In this document: positions 15,824-24,588 of the stretch, piece by piece
Position numbering within the stretch: position 1 is the stretch's first letter
Layout of the letters: the number at the start of each line of letters is the position of its first letter
DNA from: an uncultured Rhabdochlamydiaceae bacterium
GTDB taxonomy: Bacteria; Chlamydiota; Chlamydiia; Chlamydiales; Rhabdochlamydiaceae
Direction of reading: 5' to 3'
Assembly (NCBI GenBank): GCA_963712275.1
Contig: CAVQHD010000001.1
Location: 480,001 to 544,000, forward strand
DNA length: 64,000 bases
Made by a program: the position numbers and the translations under genes
Notes under the pieces: generated by a model
What the model saw: only the letters and a program-made list of their open reading frames with translations
The model's database searches: none
What the model was told of the DNA's origin: nothing

Positions 15824-15916
15824 TAGAACTTCCGGCGACACCCCACCCCAACGTACTCATGGCCGCGGCTGTTGATAGTAGACGTGGAGGCCGCCCGCGG
15901 CAAAGCCGCCAACAAC
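15824..15916 (-). repeat. DGR variable repeat VR3 (carries a +1 frameshift)
   Basis: ctc cac gtc tac tatc aac agc cgc ggc cat gag tac gtt: 8 substitutions at TR adenines and a 1-nt insertion. Confidence 0.93.
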
Positions 15917-17956
15917 TAATGCCCGTCCTTTCTGCTTGTGATAGAGCTCTTGACATCGCGTATAGGTCCATGGACTGTCAGGATAAAGCTTTTGGCCTGT
16001 ACTAACATGGTGGAGAAATATACAGGTGGTTGCTTCAAGGATCTTAGGAAGTTCATAAGCCACCCCAGTTTTCTGAGCATAAGTTGCAACGAGCTGCTTC
16101 TGGTCTGCGTAAGTTTTATTGCGGCTTCCTTCGATGACATCGCGGGTCATGAGAACCCAGTATGATTGGATCGTAGGTTGATCTTGATACTCGCCTAAAC
16201 CAAGATATCTGTATTTCGTTGCAGGGCCTTGCTTGGGTTTCCCTACAAGCTTTCCGAGAGTTTTTAGGGTGAGGGGCTGACCGTTCACACTCCTGGGAAT
16301 AAGAATGAGAAGGTGGGTCTCTTCGACTTTTTTGCCAGGCCAGAAGGGACAGGGGCTTTGGAGGATTTGGTGGATGTCGGGAGGGAGCGGCGGCTCTGCA
16401 CCGACATCTCCAAAGTAGGTGGCCCATTTGGCTTTTCCAAAGGCGATGAAAGGAAGAGAAGGGATAATGGACTTTGATGTGAGGACAATTGGAGGTGAAG
16501 GTTGAAGCGAGGGGCTTGATATTGGGGAAGGCGGCGCTTTGTAAGTATGAGACGGCTGGGGTTGGGGGGAAGAAGGCAATGCACTTGTAAAGAGATTGGA
16601 AAAGTCTCCCTTGGAAGGAAGAGAAGGGATAATGGGCTTTGGAGTGACGGCGATTGGAGGTGGAGGTTGAAGCGAGGGGCTTGATATTGGAGAAGGCGGC
16701 ATTTTGTAAGTATGAGACGGCTGGGGTTGGGGCGAGGAAGGGGCTGCACTTCCAGCTGGGGCTTGTGGAGCTTGAATTTGCTGGAGCTTTTTATGCACAA
16801 ACGTTCGAACTTTGCCTTGTGTGTCGAAGAGTTTGGTGGTCCATTGGTAAAACTCTTGGTCTTGAGAAGTTAAGGTTTGGTTGGGATCGAGGATGATGAG
16901 GAGTTCTGATTTTTGTTCCAAGACTTGAACGAGGTTGGGGTCTTGTTTTACAACTTCTTTTTCGAGGAGGTCGAGGATGTGTTCAAGGAGATAGTGGATG
17001 GTGGTGGGGTTGAGGGGTTTGGCGGGGTTGGGGAGGAGGTCGGGTTGGAGTTCGACCCAGAACCGGGCGAGGGTTTGGGATTTTTGGAAGACGACGATTT
17101 CATCCCAGGCGGGGTTTTGGGTGTCGGTGCAGGGGTAGTAGTTGGGGCACATGGGATCGGAGGGGTTGATGGAGATGACGGGGATGTAGTGGGCGTTGTA
17201 GTTTTGGTAGGCGCCAAGGCCTTGTCCGAGTTTTTGCATGTCGCTGGGGGTTTGGGGATCGTCGGCGACGACGGGGTAGGGTTCTCGGAGGGAGACCCAG
17301 GCGAGGAGGAGGTTGCCGTCGCTGTAGATGTCGGCGGCATATCTAGCGCTGGTGGTGAAGTAGATGCCGCTTCCGAAGAAGCCGACGTCAGTGCTTTGAG
17401 TGTCGTCGGTGTTTTGAAGGAATTGGTGTTTGCCGAAGTAGGTGAAGCCGGTTTGGCAGATGGAGTGGGCAATGGAGGCTTTGGTGCCATGCCAGAAGGG
17501 AAGGACTTTGGTGGAAGTATAGGTATCTTTTCGTTGATTGGATTGTTGGATGGAGAAGGGAGAATAAGGAGCTGCGAGGGTGCGGAAGCGGTGGATGACT
17601 TTTTGTCTTAAGGTGGGGAGGTCTTCTTGGTTCCAACGGGGGGCAAAGTGGGGGCTTTGGGCTTCTTGCTCCATGGTGGGGATGGCGGCTTCGAATTGGT
17701 TGGTGTGGTGGGGGTTGTGGATGCAGTAGGCGCGGGAGATGGAGCGGTTGAGAGGTCTTTGGGCTTGGAAGTACTGCTGGATGAAGGCCCATTCAGGATC
17801 GCCTTGGGTGATTTCACATTTGCGATAAGTGGAAGAGGTGGTTGTTTGGGCTTGAAGTCTTTGAAACAGGGCTTTGCTGATGTGCCAGGGGGTTTGGGGA
17901 TTTGGGAGGAGGTTTGCTAGAGGGGGTGGGAGGCTGGTGGGGGTTGTTGAGTGCAT
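15857..17956 (-). CDS. DGR target 3: PARP-like ART + duplicated Pro-rich linker + putative CLec domain; truncated by the VR frameshift (normal stop at 15823)
   Basis: N-terminal ~420 aa nearly identical to target 2; ends ...GGLHVYYQQPRP* instead of ...VGVGCRRKF*. Confidence 0.88.
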   Translation of the reverse strand: MHSTTPTSLPPPLANLLPNPQTPWHISKALFQRLQAQTTTSSTYRKCEITQGDPEWAFIQQYFQAQRPLNRSISRAYCIHNPHHTNQFEAAIPTMEQEAQSPHFAPRWNQEDLPTLRQKVIHRFRTLAAPYSPFSIQQSNQRKDTYTSTKVLPFWHGTKASIAHSICQTGFTYFGKHQFLQNTDDTQSTDVGFFGSGIYFTTSARYAADIYSDGNLLLAWVSLREPYPVVADDPQTPSDMQKLGQGLGAYQNYNAHYIPVISINPSDPMCPNYYPCTDTQNPAWDEIVVFQKSQTLARFWVELQPDLLPNPAKPLNPTTIHYLLEHILDLLEKEVVKQDPNLVQVLEQKSELLIILDPNQTLTSQDQEFYQWTTKLFDTQGKVRTFVHKKLQQIQAPQAPAGSAAPSSPQPQPSHTYKMPPSPISSPSLQPPPPIAVTPKPIIPSLPSKGDFSNLFTSALPSSPQPQPSHTYKAPPSPISSPSLQPSPPIVLTSKSIIPSLPFIAFGKAKWATYFGDVGAEPPLPPDIHQILQSPCPFWPGKKVEETHLLILIPRSVNGQPLTLKTLGKLVGKPKQGPATKYRYLGLGEYQDQPTIQSYWVLMTRDVIEGSRNKTYADQKQLVATYAQKTGVAYELPKILEATTCIFLHHVSTGQKLYPDSPWTYTRCQELYHKQKGRALVVGGFAAGGLHVYYQQPRP
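16450..16741. repeat. Intragenic duplication (165-nt period) of the Pro/Ser-rich linker in target 3
   Basis: SSPQPQPSHTYKxPPSPISSPSLQPxPPI...IIPSLP occurs twice. Confidence 0.85.
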
Positions 17957-18049
17957 GGAATTCTCCTTTTGTTGCGACTCGATAGAATCGAGTGAAAGGA
18001 AATATTAGGGAATGGTGAAGATATTTTTCAATAGGGGAATTTGTCAGCT

Positions 18050-18124
18050 AAAAATGGAGTATACTCCGGAAAATACTCATAAAGCTTTGCCTTTGTCGAC
18101 AAAAATGGAGTATACTCCGGAAAA
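18050..18124. repeat. Two 24-bp direct repeats with a palindromic core (operator-like)
   Basis: AAAAATGGAGTATACTCCGGAAAA at 18050-18073 and 18101-18124; core GGAGTATACTCC is a perfect palindrome. Confidence 0.8.
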
Positions 18125-18147
18125 GGCAGGCAAATCCGGAGTAGGAG

Positions 18148-19320
18148 ATGTTTTTTCGTTTAAGGCGTTTTTCTAAAAAACACAGTTTCTTTCTATTTGG
18201 CCCACGGGGGACCGGTAAAAGCACCCTACTTAAACAAAAATTTAACAAGGATGAATGCCTTTGGCTGGATCTTTTAGACACCAGTGTTGAAGACCGTTTT
18301 GCTCTTAATCCGAGCGACCTTTATGCCATTGTGCAAGCCCTTCCAAAAGAAATTGGGTATGTGATTGTTGATGAGATACAAAAAGTCCCCAAACTCCTCG
18401 ATGAAGTCCATCGCTTAATAGAGGAAACGGATAAGATATTTATCTTAACTGGATCAAGCGCACGGAAGCTAAAACATGGAGGAGCCAATTTACTTGCCGG
18501 TCGCGCTTTTGTCTACTATTTACACGCGCTTTCTTGTTTTGAACTAAAGGATCAATTTGATTTAGAGAACGCCTTGCATTGGGGAACTCTGCCTAAGCTT
18601 TTTAATTTAAAGGAAGACGCAGAGAAGAATGAATTTTTACGCGCTTACGCGGACACTTATCTTAAAGAAGAGATATGGAATGAACATGTCGTACGAAAAT
18701 TGCAACCATTCCGCCGCTTTCTTGAAGTTGCAGCGCAATGCAATGGAAAAATCATCAATTATGCAAATATTGCAAGAGATGTTGGTGTCGATGACAAAAC
18801 AATCAAGGAATATTTTCTTATCCTCGAAGATACGATGATTGGATTCTTTCTAGAATCGTACCATAACTCTTTCCGTAAGCGCTTGGTTGAAAAGCCAAAG
18901 TTTTATTTTTTTGATCCGGGCGTTGTTCGCAGCCTTTCCAGAAGGCTTTCAGTCCCTTTAACTCCAAAAACAGCTGCTTACGGAGAGGCCTTTGAACATT
19001 TTATCTTGTTGGAATTCATTCGATTGGGGAGTTATTTCCAACCAGATTATCGGTTCTCTTTTATCCGTACGGTAGCAGATGTTGAAATAGACTTAGTGGT
19101 GGAAAGACCAGGAAAGCAACTTTTGTGCATTGAAATAAAAAGTTCTGATTCGATCAATGAAATCGATATTAGAGCTTTTATTAAGATAACAAAAGATATC
19201 CCAAATTGTGAAGCCATTATTCTGAGTCAAGATCGATTTATGAAAAAATTCGACCATGTGACTTGTTACCCCTGGAAACAAGGGATCGCACAATATTTTC
19301 CAGAAGTAGAGTCGTCTTAG
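18148..19320 (+). CDS. AAA+ ATPase (AAA_14 + DUF4143-like C-terminus)
   Basis: GPRGTGKS, IVDEIQK, LTGSSA, LAGR, KPKFYFFDPG, EIDLVV...IEIK. Confidence 0.88.
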   Translation: MFFRLRRFSKKHSFFLFGPRGTGKSTLLKQKFNKDECLWLDLLDTSVEDRFALNPSDLYAIVQALPKEIGYVIVDEIQKVPKLLDEVHRLIEETDKIFILTGSSARKLKHGGANLLAGRAFVYYLHALSCFELKDQFDLENALHWGTLPKLFNLKEDAEKNEFLRAYADTYLKEEIWNEHVVRKLQPFRRFLEVAAQCNGKIINYANIARDVGVDDKTIKEYFLILEDTMIGFFLESYHNSFRKRLVEKPKFYFFDPGVVRSLSRRLSVPLTPKTAAYGEAFEHFILLEFIRLGSYFQPDYRFSFIRTVADVEIDLVVERPGKQLLCIEIKSSDSINEIDIRAFIKITKDIPNCEAIILSQDRFMKKFDHVTCYPWKQGIAQYFPEVESS

Positions 19321-21725
19321 AAATAAATCAACCACTCGTGTCCGAGCCAAGACTTCACAAGAGGAAGCGGGGATCCGCAAACCCCTGCCCAATCTGTTTT
19401 CCAGACTTCTAGTTTTAATGTGACGGGATGGAGGACAAAGCTGAAATACCCATTTGACCAATTGGTGTCTGCAAAAAGAAAAACAGGGGAGGCTAATTTT
19501 AGCTGCCGCATGTTTTCTCGGACGGAATAGAAATCATCTTGCGCAGAGCGCATTAAATGAAACAGTTCTTGCGAAGAAACGAAGGGGGGAAGAGTGTCTT
19601 GGATGCGATTCCAAACCGATGGATGTAAAAGCGCTTGACATTGCTTGGCAGGAATCAGAGGAAGCGTTTGAAAGAGAAATGAGGCTACAACATCGATAGG
19701 AATGTGCTTTACCTGTTTTGCAAATTCTTCGATTGTCATGGAGAGCTTGAGATCTCCTTCAATTCCCATTCTTCGATAGAGCTCGCGTTGCTCGTCCCTA
19801 GAAAAAGTTTGCCCCAAATAAAAGTCTCTTGCGGGGATCATCCACCGATCCCGAATCCATGTATACGTAAATCCCCGATCGTTCCAAGCGTCTAGAAAAG
19901 CAGGAGCCCCTGGAAGAAGAAGGCAGACATGCGTAGGCGATTGAAAAAGAAGTCCTTGATCGGGCTCTTGCATAAATCGGTTGGTACTGGATGGGGGAAG
20001 CCCTTTTAAAGTCTCAATCATAAACGTGAAAAGATCGAGCTCATCTTGAATGAATCGCTTTTCATGACGAAGGGATGACCGATGGCGGCAAAAAATCGAG
20101 GCAATCTGCTCGACTGTCCCACCTGAGCTATAGGCCCATGGAAGCCTTCCTTGTTTTTGGGCTCTTTTAAGAGCTGTTTCGAGAAATTCCTTTGTGCGAA
20201 GAAGCTGTAAAATCACCGTTGTCATCTCTGACACAAGCTCTTTTTCATACGGCTCGCTGCAAAGATCGGCAATGGAGGGTTCAACAGCTCGAAAAAACTC
20301 TTCCAAAACCGCAATAAACTGATGGCTGTCATGCACGGCCGTCCATAGGCGACTCTCTCCTCGGCCATGTTTATAAACCAGCCGAAATCCTGCTTGCCGA
20401 TCTTCATAGAGGCTCTTTTGCTCAATGGTAAATTCAGGATCGTAAATTTCTTGAAAATAGTTTTGAAAACTCTGGGTATAGTGTTGAATGAGCAAAGAAA
20501 GCATCTGAGCCGTGATCTTTTCCTTCTGCTGCGCCTCTTCATAAAGATCTTGGCAAACCTGCAGGTGGTGCGCTTTACCGATCCCTTCGGCTTTCAAGCG
20601 GCGCAGCTCTTCTTGAGAGTCTACCTGATATGTACGAGCTTGGATTGCATGGTATTGATCGCTGGCAACCACAGCCTCTTGATACTTTTTTTGAGTCATC
20701 GCATGATTTTCGTGGAGCTTGTCCGTGAGCGCTTGGTGAAGCGCTGATCCAATTCCTCCAGATTCTTCCGGATGAAGACCTACACACCACCCTAAATTCC
20801 ATTTTGAAAACTCCATTTTAATATCGCAGTAGGAGGCAAGGGTAAACTCCCAAATTTTCAGCAGAGCATTATCAACAACTCCTTTAAAATAACGGCATCC
20901 ATTCTCCTCGCCTTCCTGGCCGAGCACAGCCAAAATCAACTCCTTCACTTTCATCCCTGGATCATAAAAAGATCTACAAAGAGCCTCTGACTGATGAATT
21001 TTTTCAATAAAAGAGGCAGCCTCTGAAATTTTTCCTCCGATTTCAAAGGCCCGAATAAGGCCGGGCGAAGCCCAAAAGGGAAGCTCCGGGTTAATTTTTT
21101 TCATTAAATCTCCAGCTCCTATGCTTAGGCAGAAAGGAGCTGTATATTCGACTCCATCAATGACTCTCCGAAGCCGACCTCGAGAAAGAAGTTCGTAGAG
21201 ATCATCGATGAAAAGATCGATGTAAAATTGCTGAGTTTCAATTGCAGGTGCTGTAGCAAAGCACGATCCAACGCTCTGGCGAAGAGGCGTCAGACAAGCG
21301 GCCACTGCTGCACGCTTGACATGAAAATGGTTCAGCTTTGTCTCCAAAGGTAAATCGAGGGTCTGCCGAATAATCTCTTCTGCAAGGGGATGATAAAGAG
21401 GAAGAGAAAATCTTTGAATTTGCTTTCTCATCGCAGCATCGGAATGCCACCGTTTTAAAAATCTGTTTTGATGTTTCAGAATCACATCATCTGAATATCC
21501 CGCTTCATAAGCAGACGTTGTCTCGACTGCTGTTTCATCAATAAGCTGCCCAGCAAGCTGGCGGGCCTGTGAGGCGGCTCTAAAGCAAAAAGAATCTTGA
21601 ATTCCACACCGATCCATCACCCATGACGGCAAAGATCGTGGGTCAACCCACTTCAGCTCTTCATAGAAACGTTCTTTGGTTTTTTGATGCATTGCTCTAA
21701 AGTATATACAAAGAGCCAGTTTCAT
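19317..21725 (-). CDS. Conserved chlamydial hypothetical protein (CT590-like); start probably 21692
   Basis: 802-aa ORF with LRQSVGSCFATAPAI, GFRLVYKHGR and FADTNW motifs recalled from chlamydial conserved proteins. Confidence 0.65.
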   Translation of the reverse strand: MKLALCIYFRAMHQKTKERFYEELKWVDPRSLPSWVMDRCGIQDSFCFRAASQARQLAGQLIDETAVETTSAYEAGYSDDVILKHQNRFLKRWHSDAAMRKQIQRFSLPLYHPLAEEIIRQTLDLPLETKLNHFHVKRAAVAACLTPLRQSVGSCFATAPAIETQQFYIDLFIDDLYELLSRGRLRRVIDGVEYTAPFCLSIGAGDLMKKINPELPFWASPGLIRAFEIGGKISEAASFIEKIHQSEALCRSFYDPGMKVKELILAVLGQEGEENGCRYFKGVVDNALLKIWEFTLASYCDIKMEFSKWNLGWCVGLHPEESGGIGSALHQALTDKLHENHAMTQKKYQEAVVASDQYHAIQARTYQVDSQEELRRLKAEGIGKAHHLQVCQDLYEEAQQKEKITAQMLSLLIQHYTQSFQNYFQEIYDPEFTIEQKSLYEDRQAGFRLVYKHGRGESRLWTAVHDSHQFIAVLEEFFRAVEPSIADLCSEPYEKELVSEMTTVILQLLRTKEFLETALKRAQKQGRLPWAYSSGGTVEQIASIFCRHRSSLRHEKRFIQDELDLFTFMIETLKGLPPSSTNRFMQEPDQGLLFQSPTHVCLLLPGAPAFLDAWNDRGFTYTWIRDRWMIPARDFYLGQTFSRDEQRELYRRMGIEGDLKLSMTIEEFAKQVKHIPIDVVASFLFQTLPLIPAKQCQALLHPSVWNRIQDTLPPFVSSQELFHLMRSAQDDFYSVRENMRQLKLASPVFLFADTNWSNGYFSFVLHPVTLKLEVWKTDWAGVCGSPLPLVKSWLGHEWLIYF

Positions 21726-21877
21726 AACTCGCTTTGGAGACCAAATTCGATGAATTTACCGTTGGTTCCTTTTCTTCGCAAATTGACATACTCAAAGAGA
21801 GTAGGCTATTTGCGAAGAAAAGGAACCAACGGTAAAAGCGCGGATTTGGCCCCAAATTGGAGTTGTGAAACTGGCTC
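21713..21877. repeat. ~165-bp imperfect palindromic element
   Basis: Perfect 29-bp arms 21755-21783/21808-21836; terminal arms GAGCCAGTTTCATAACTC / GAGTTGTGAAACTGGCTC. Confidence 0.85.
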
Positions 21878-21892
21878 GTGGAGAGAATTGCT

Positions 21893-23806
21893 ATGCAAAT
21901 CCATGTGAATGGAAAATCGATCGACGTTTCAGAATCATGCTCTGCAAAAGAGCTTGCTGAAAAACTTCACTTAAATGAGCCCGACCAAGCTCTTGCCGTC
22001 AAGATCAATGGAACAGTATACGACCTTGACACTCCTGTCAAAGAAGGAGATCGGCTTGAATTTGTGTCGTTCGATGAGTCCATGGGAAAAGAAATATTTT
22101 GGCACACCTCTGCCCACGTTCTTGCTCAAGCAATTCTCCGTCTTTGGCCTGAAGCAAAACCTACAATTGGCCCACCAATTGAACAAGGGTTTTACTATGA
22201 TTTTGCAAATCTTACGATCTCAGATGAAGATTTTGAGAAAATCGAGAAAGAAGTACAAAAGATCGTGGATGAAAACTATGCGACAAAAAGGCATCTCTTA
22301 AAAGACAAAGAAGATGCGAAGGCCCGCTTTAAGTCTAATCCCTATAAAGTGGAGCTCATTGAAGGGTTTGATCAAGGACCTATCACCGCTTATGAACAAG
22401 GGGAATTTTTTGACCTGTGCAGAGGGCCACATCTTCCAAAACTTGGGAAAATTAAAGCCTTCAAAGTTCTCAAAACATCCGGAGCTTATTGGAAAGGAGA
22501 CTCTAAAAATGAGATGTTAAAGCGGATTTACGCCATCTCATTTCCTGACCGAAAGCTTTTAAAAGAGTATCTCCATCTGCTAGAAGAGGCGAAAAAACGG
22601 GATCATAAAATTTTAGGTCCCAAGCTCGATTTATTTTCTCTCAAAGAGGAGGCCCCTGGAATCCCTTTCATCCATCCCAAAGGGATGATCTTGTGGAATC
22701 AGCTTGTCGATTTCTTGAGAACACTCCTTCTACAATCCGGTTACGTAGAAATCAAAACTCCGCAGCTCATGGGACAAGATCTCTGGGAACAGTCAGGGCA
22801 TTGGACCCATTATCGCGATAATATGTATGCCTTTGAAATTGAAAATCGGTGGTTTGCGATTAAACCGATGAATTGCCCTGGATGCATGCTCTACTATAAA
22901 TCTCGAACCCATAGTTATCGCGACCTTCCCTTGCGGATCGCTGAATTTGGGTATGTCCATCGACATGAGCTATCGGGCGCTCTTTCCGGCCTCTTTCGCG
23001 TCAGAGGGTTTCATCAAGATGATGCTCACCTGTTTATGAAACCCTCTGACATCAAGGCAGAAATTCTCGGTATTTTAGGACTTGTTGAAGAGATCTACGC
23101 AACCTTCGGACTCTCGTATCGACTTGAACTTTCAACACGGCCAGGCAAAAGCATTGGCTCCGATGAAGATTGGGAGATCGCAACCTCTGGGCTTAAAGGC
23201 GCTCTTGAAGAATGGGGACAGCCGTTTACCATCAATGAAGGGGATGGAGCGTTCTATGGCCCGAAAATTGACATTCACATCCGAGATGCTCTTGAAAGAT
23301 CGTGGCAGTGCGGCACAATTCAGCTCGATATGGCCCTCCCTGAAAAATTTGAACTCGAATATATGGATAAAGACGGAACTTCTCGAAGGCCTATTATGCT
23401 CCACCGAGCTATTTTTGGATCGATTGAGCGGTTCTTCGGGATTTTAATTGAACACTTTGCAGGAAAATTCCCGCTCTGGATCAGCCCTCTTCCGATTCGG
23501 ATCATCACCGTCGCCGACCGGCATAGTGAGTTTGCCCATGAAATCAAAAGAGAGATCTTGAAAGCTGGTTTTATCTGTGATATGGATGAATCGAGCGAAT
23601 CAGTGAATAAAAAAATTCGAACTGCTCAGCTTCTTCAAATCAACTATATGTTGACAGTTGGCGATCGAGAGGTTGAAAATAAAACCGTGAGCTTGAGAAC
23701 CCGCGATAATGTTGTTCATGGAGAAATGAACCTCTTGACATTTTTAAATGCTCTCCGCCATGAAAGAGACTCAAGATCTTTAGAGCCAAGTTTTAAGGGT
23801 CCGTAA
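21893..23806 (+). CDS. thrS: Threonine--tRNA ligase
   Basis: TGS domain, DLCRGPH, KPMNCP, GAFYGPKID, WQCGTIQLD, HRAIFGSIERF. Confidence 0.98.
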   Translation: MQIHVNGKSIDVSESCSAKELAEKLHLNEPDQALAVKINGTVYDLDTPVKEGDRLEFVSFDESMGKEIFWHTSAHVLAQAILRLWPEAKPTIGPPIEQGFYYDFANLTISDEDFEKIEKEVQKIVDENYATKRHLLKDKEDAKARFKSNPYKVELIEGFDQGPITAYEQGEFFDLCRGPHLPKLGKIKAFKVLKTSGAYWKGDSKNEMLKRIYAISFPDRKLLKEYLHLLEEAKKRDHKILGPKLDLFSLKEEAPGIPFIHPKGMILWNQLVDFLRTLLLQSGYVEIKTPQLMGQDLWEQSGHWTHYRDNMYAFEIENRWFAIKPMNCPGCMLYYKSRTHSYRDLPLRIAEFGYVHRHELSGALSGLFRVRGFHQDDAHLFMKPSDIKAEILGILGLVEEIYATFGLSYRLELSTRPGKSIGSDEDWEIATSGLKGALEEWGQPFTINEGDGAFYGPKIDIHIRDALERSWQCGTIQLDMALPEKFELEYMDKDGTSRRPIMLHRAIFGSIERFFGILIEHFAGKFPLWISPLPIRIITVADRHSEFAHEIKREILKAGFICDMDESSESVNKKIRTAQLLQINYMLTVGDREVENKTVSLRTRDNVVHGEMNLLTFLNALRHERDSRSLEPSFKGP

Positions 23807-23817
23807 AGAAGGTACTC

Positions 23818-24588
23818 ATGCCCATCCTCACCATTACTAGTTTTAAGGGAGGGACCGCAAAAACGTCGATCACCCTTAATATCGGCGCTGCACTGGCGCG
23901 ATCTCATAAGCAAAATGTTTTACTCGTCGACTGTGATGCCCAAGCCAATTTGACAACAGGCCTTGGCTATGATCCAGACGCGCATGATAGTTTGGCTCCT
24001 GTGCTGCAAGGAAAAAAAAGCCTCTCTGAAGTGATCCTCCCTACTTCTAACCCACGCCTCTCCCTCATTCCTGCAGATACCTGGCTTGAAAGAGTCGAAG
24101 TCACAGAAGCGCTTGCAGCCGATCGGTATTCCCATGAAAAACTGCGTGAAATTTTAAAGTCTGTAAAGCAGTTTGACACGATTATCATCGATACTCCTCC
24201 CTCCCTTTGCTGGCTGACAGAGTCTGCCATGATCGCCTCCCAATTTGCACTTGTTGCAGCCACCCCTGAGTTTTACAGCATTAAAGGGTTGCAGCGACTC
24301 TCGCAGTTTATGGAAACCCTCTCCCAAAGACACTCGCTTGCAGTGCTCGGCGTCGTCCTTTCCTTCTGGAACCCTCGAGGAAAAAGCAATGACGCTTTTC
24401 TTCAAGTGATTGACGAAGCTTTCCCTCAGCAAATTTTAAAGTCCAAAATTCGACGAGATATTTCTGTTTCAGAAGCCACTATTTATGGGAAACCCATCTT
24501 CGAAACAGCTCCTAAATCTCGTGCTGCTGAAGATTACTCAACCCTTGCTAAAGAACTCTTAAAGAGACTACAGAAATGTCAAAAGTAA
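23818..24588 (+). CDS. parA: ParA/MinD-family ATPase (CT582-like)
   Basis: FKGGTAKTS deviant Walker A, DAQANLT, IDTPP. Confidence 0.92.
   Translation: MPILTITSFKGGTAKTSITLNIGAALARSHKQNVLLVDCDAQANLTTGLGYDPDAHDSLAPVLQGKKSLSEVILPTSNPRLSLIPADTWLERVEVTEALAADRYSHEKLREILKSVKQFDTIIIDTPPSLCWLTESAMIASQFALVAATPEFYSIKGLQRLSQFMETLSQRHSLAVLGVVLSFWNPRGKSNDAFLQVIDEAFPQQILKSKIRRDISVSEATIYGKPIFETAPKSRAAEDYSTLAKELLKRLQKCQK

Noticed and set aside
6800..17956. Prophage context for the DGR
   Set aside because: No phage structural, terminase or integrase genes seen; flanks are chlamydial chromosomal genes
18050..18124. Mini CRISPR array
   Set aside because: Only two repeats and no cas genes in the window; more like operators
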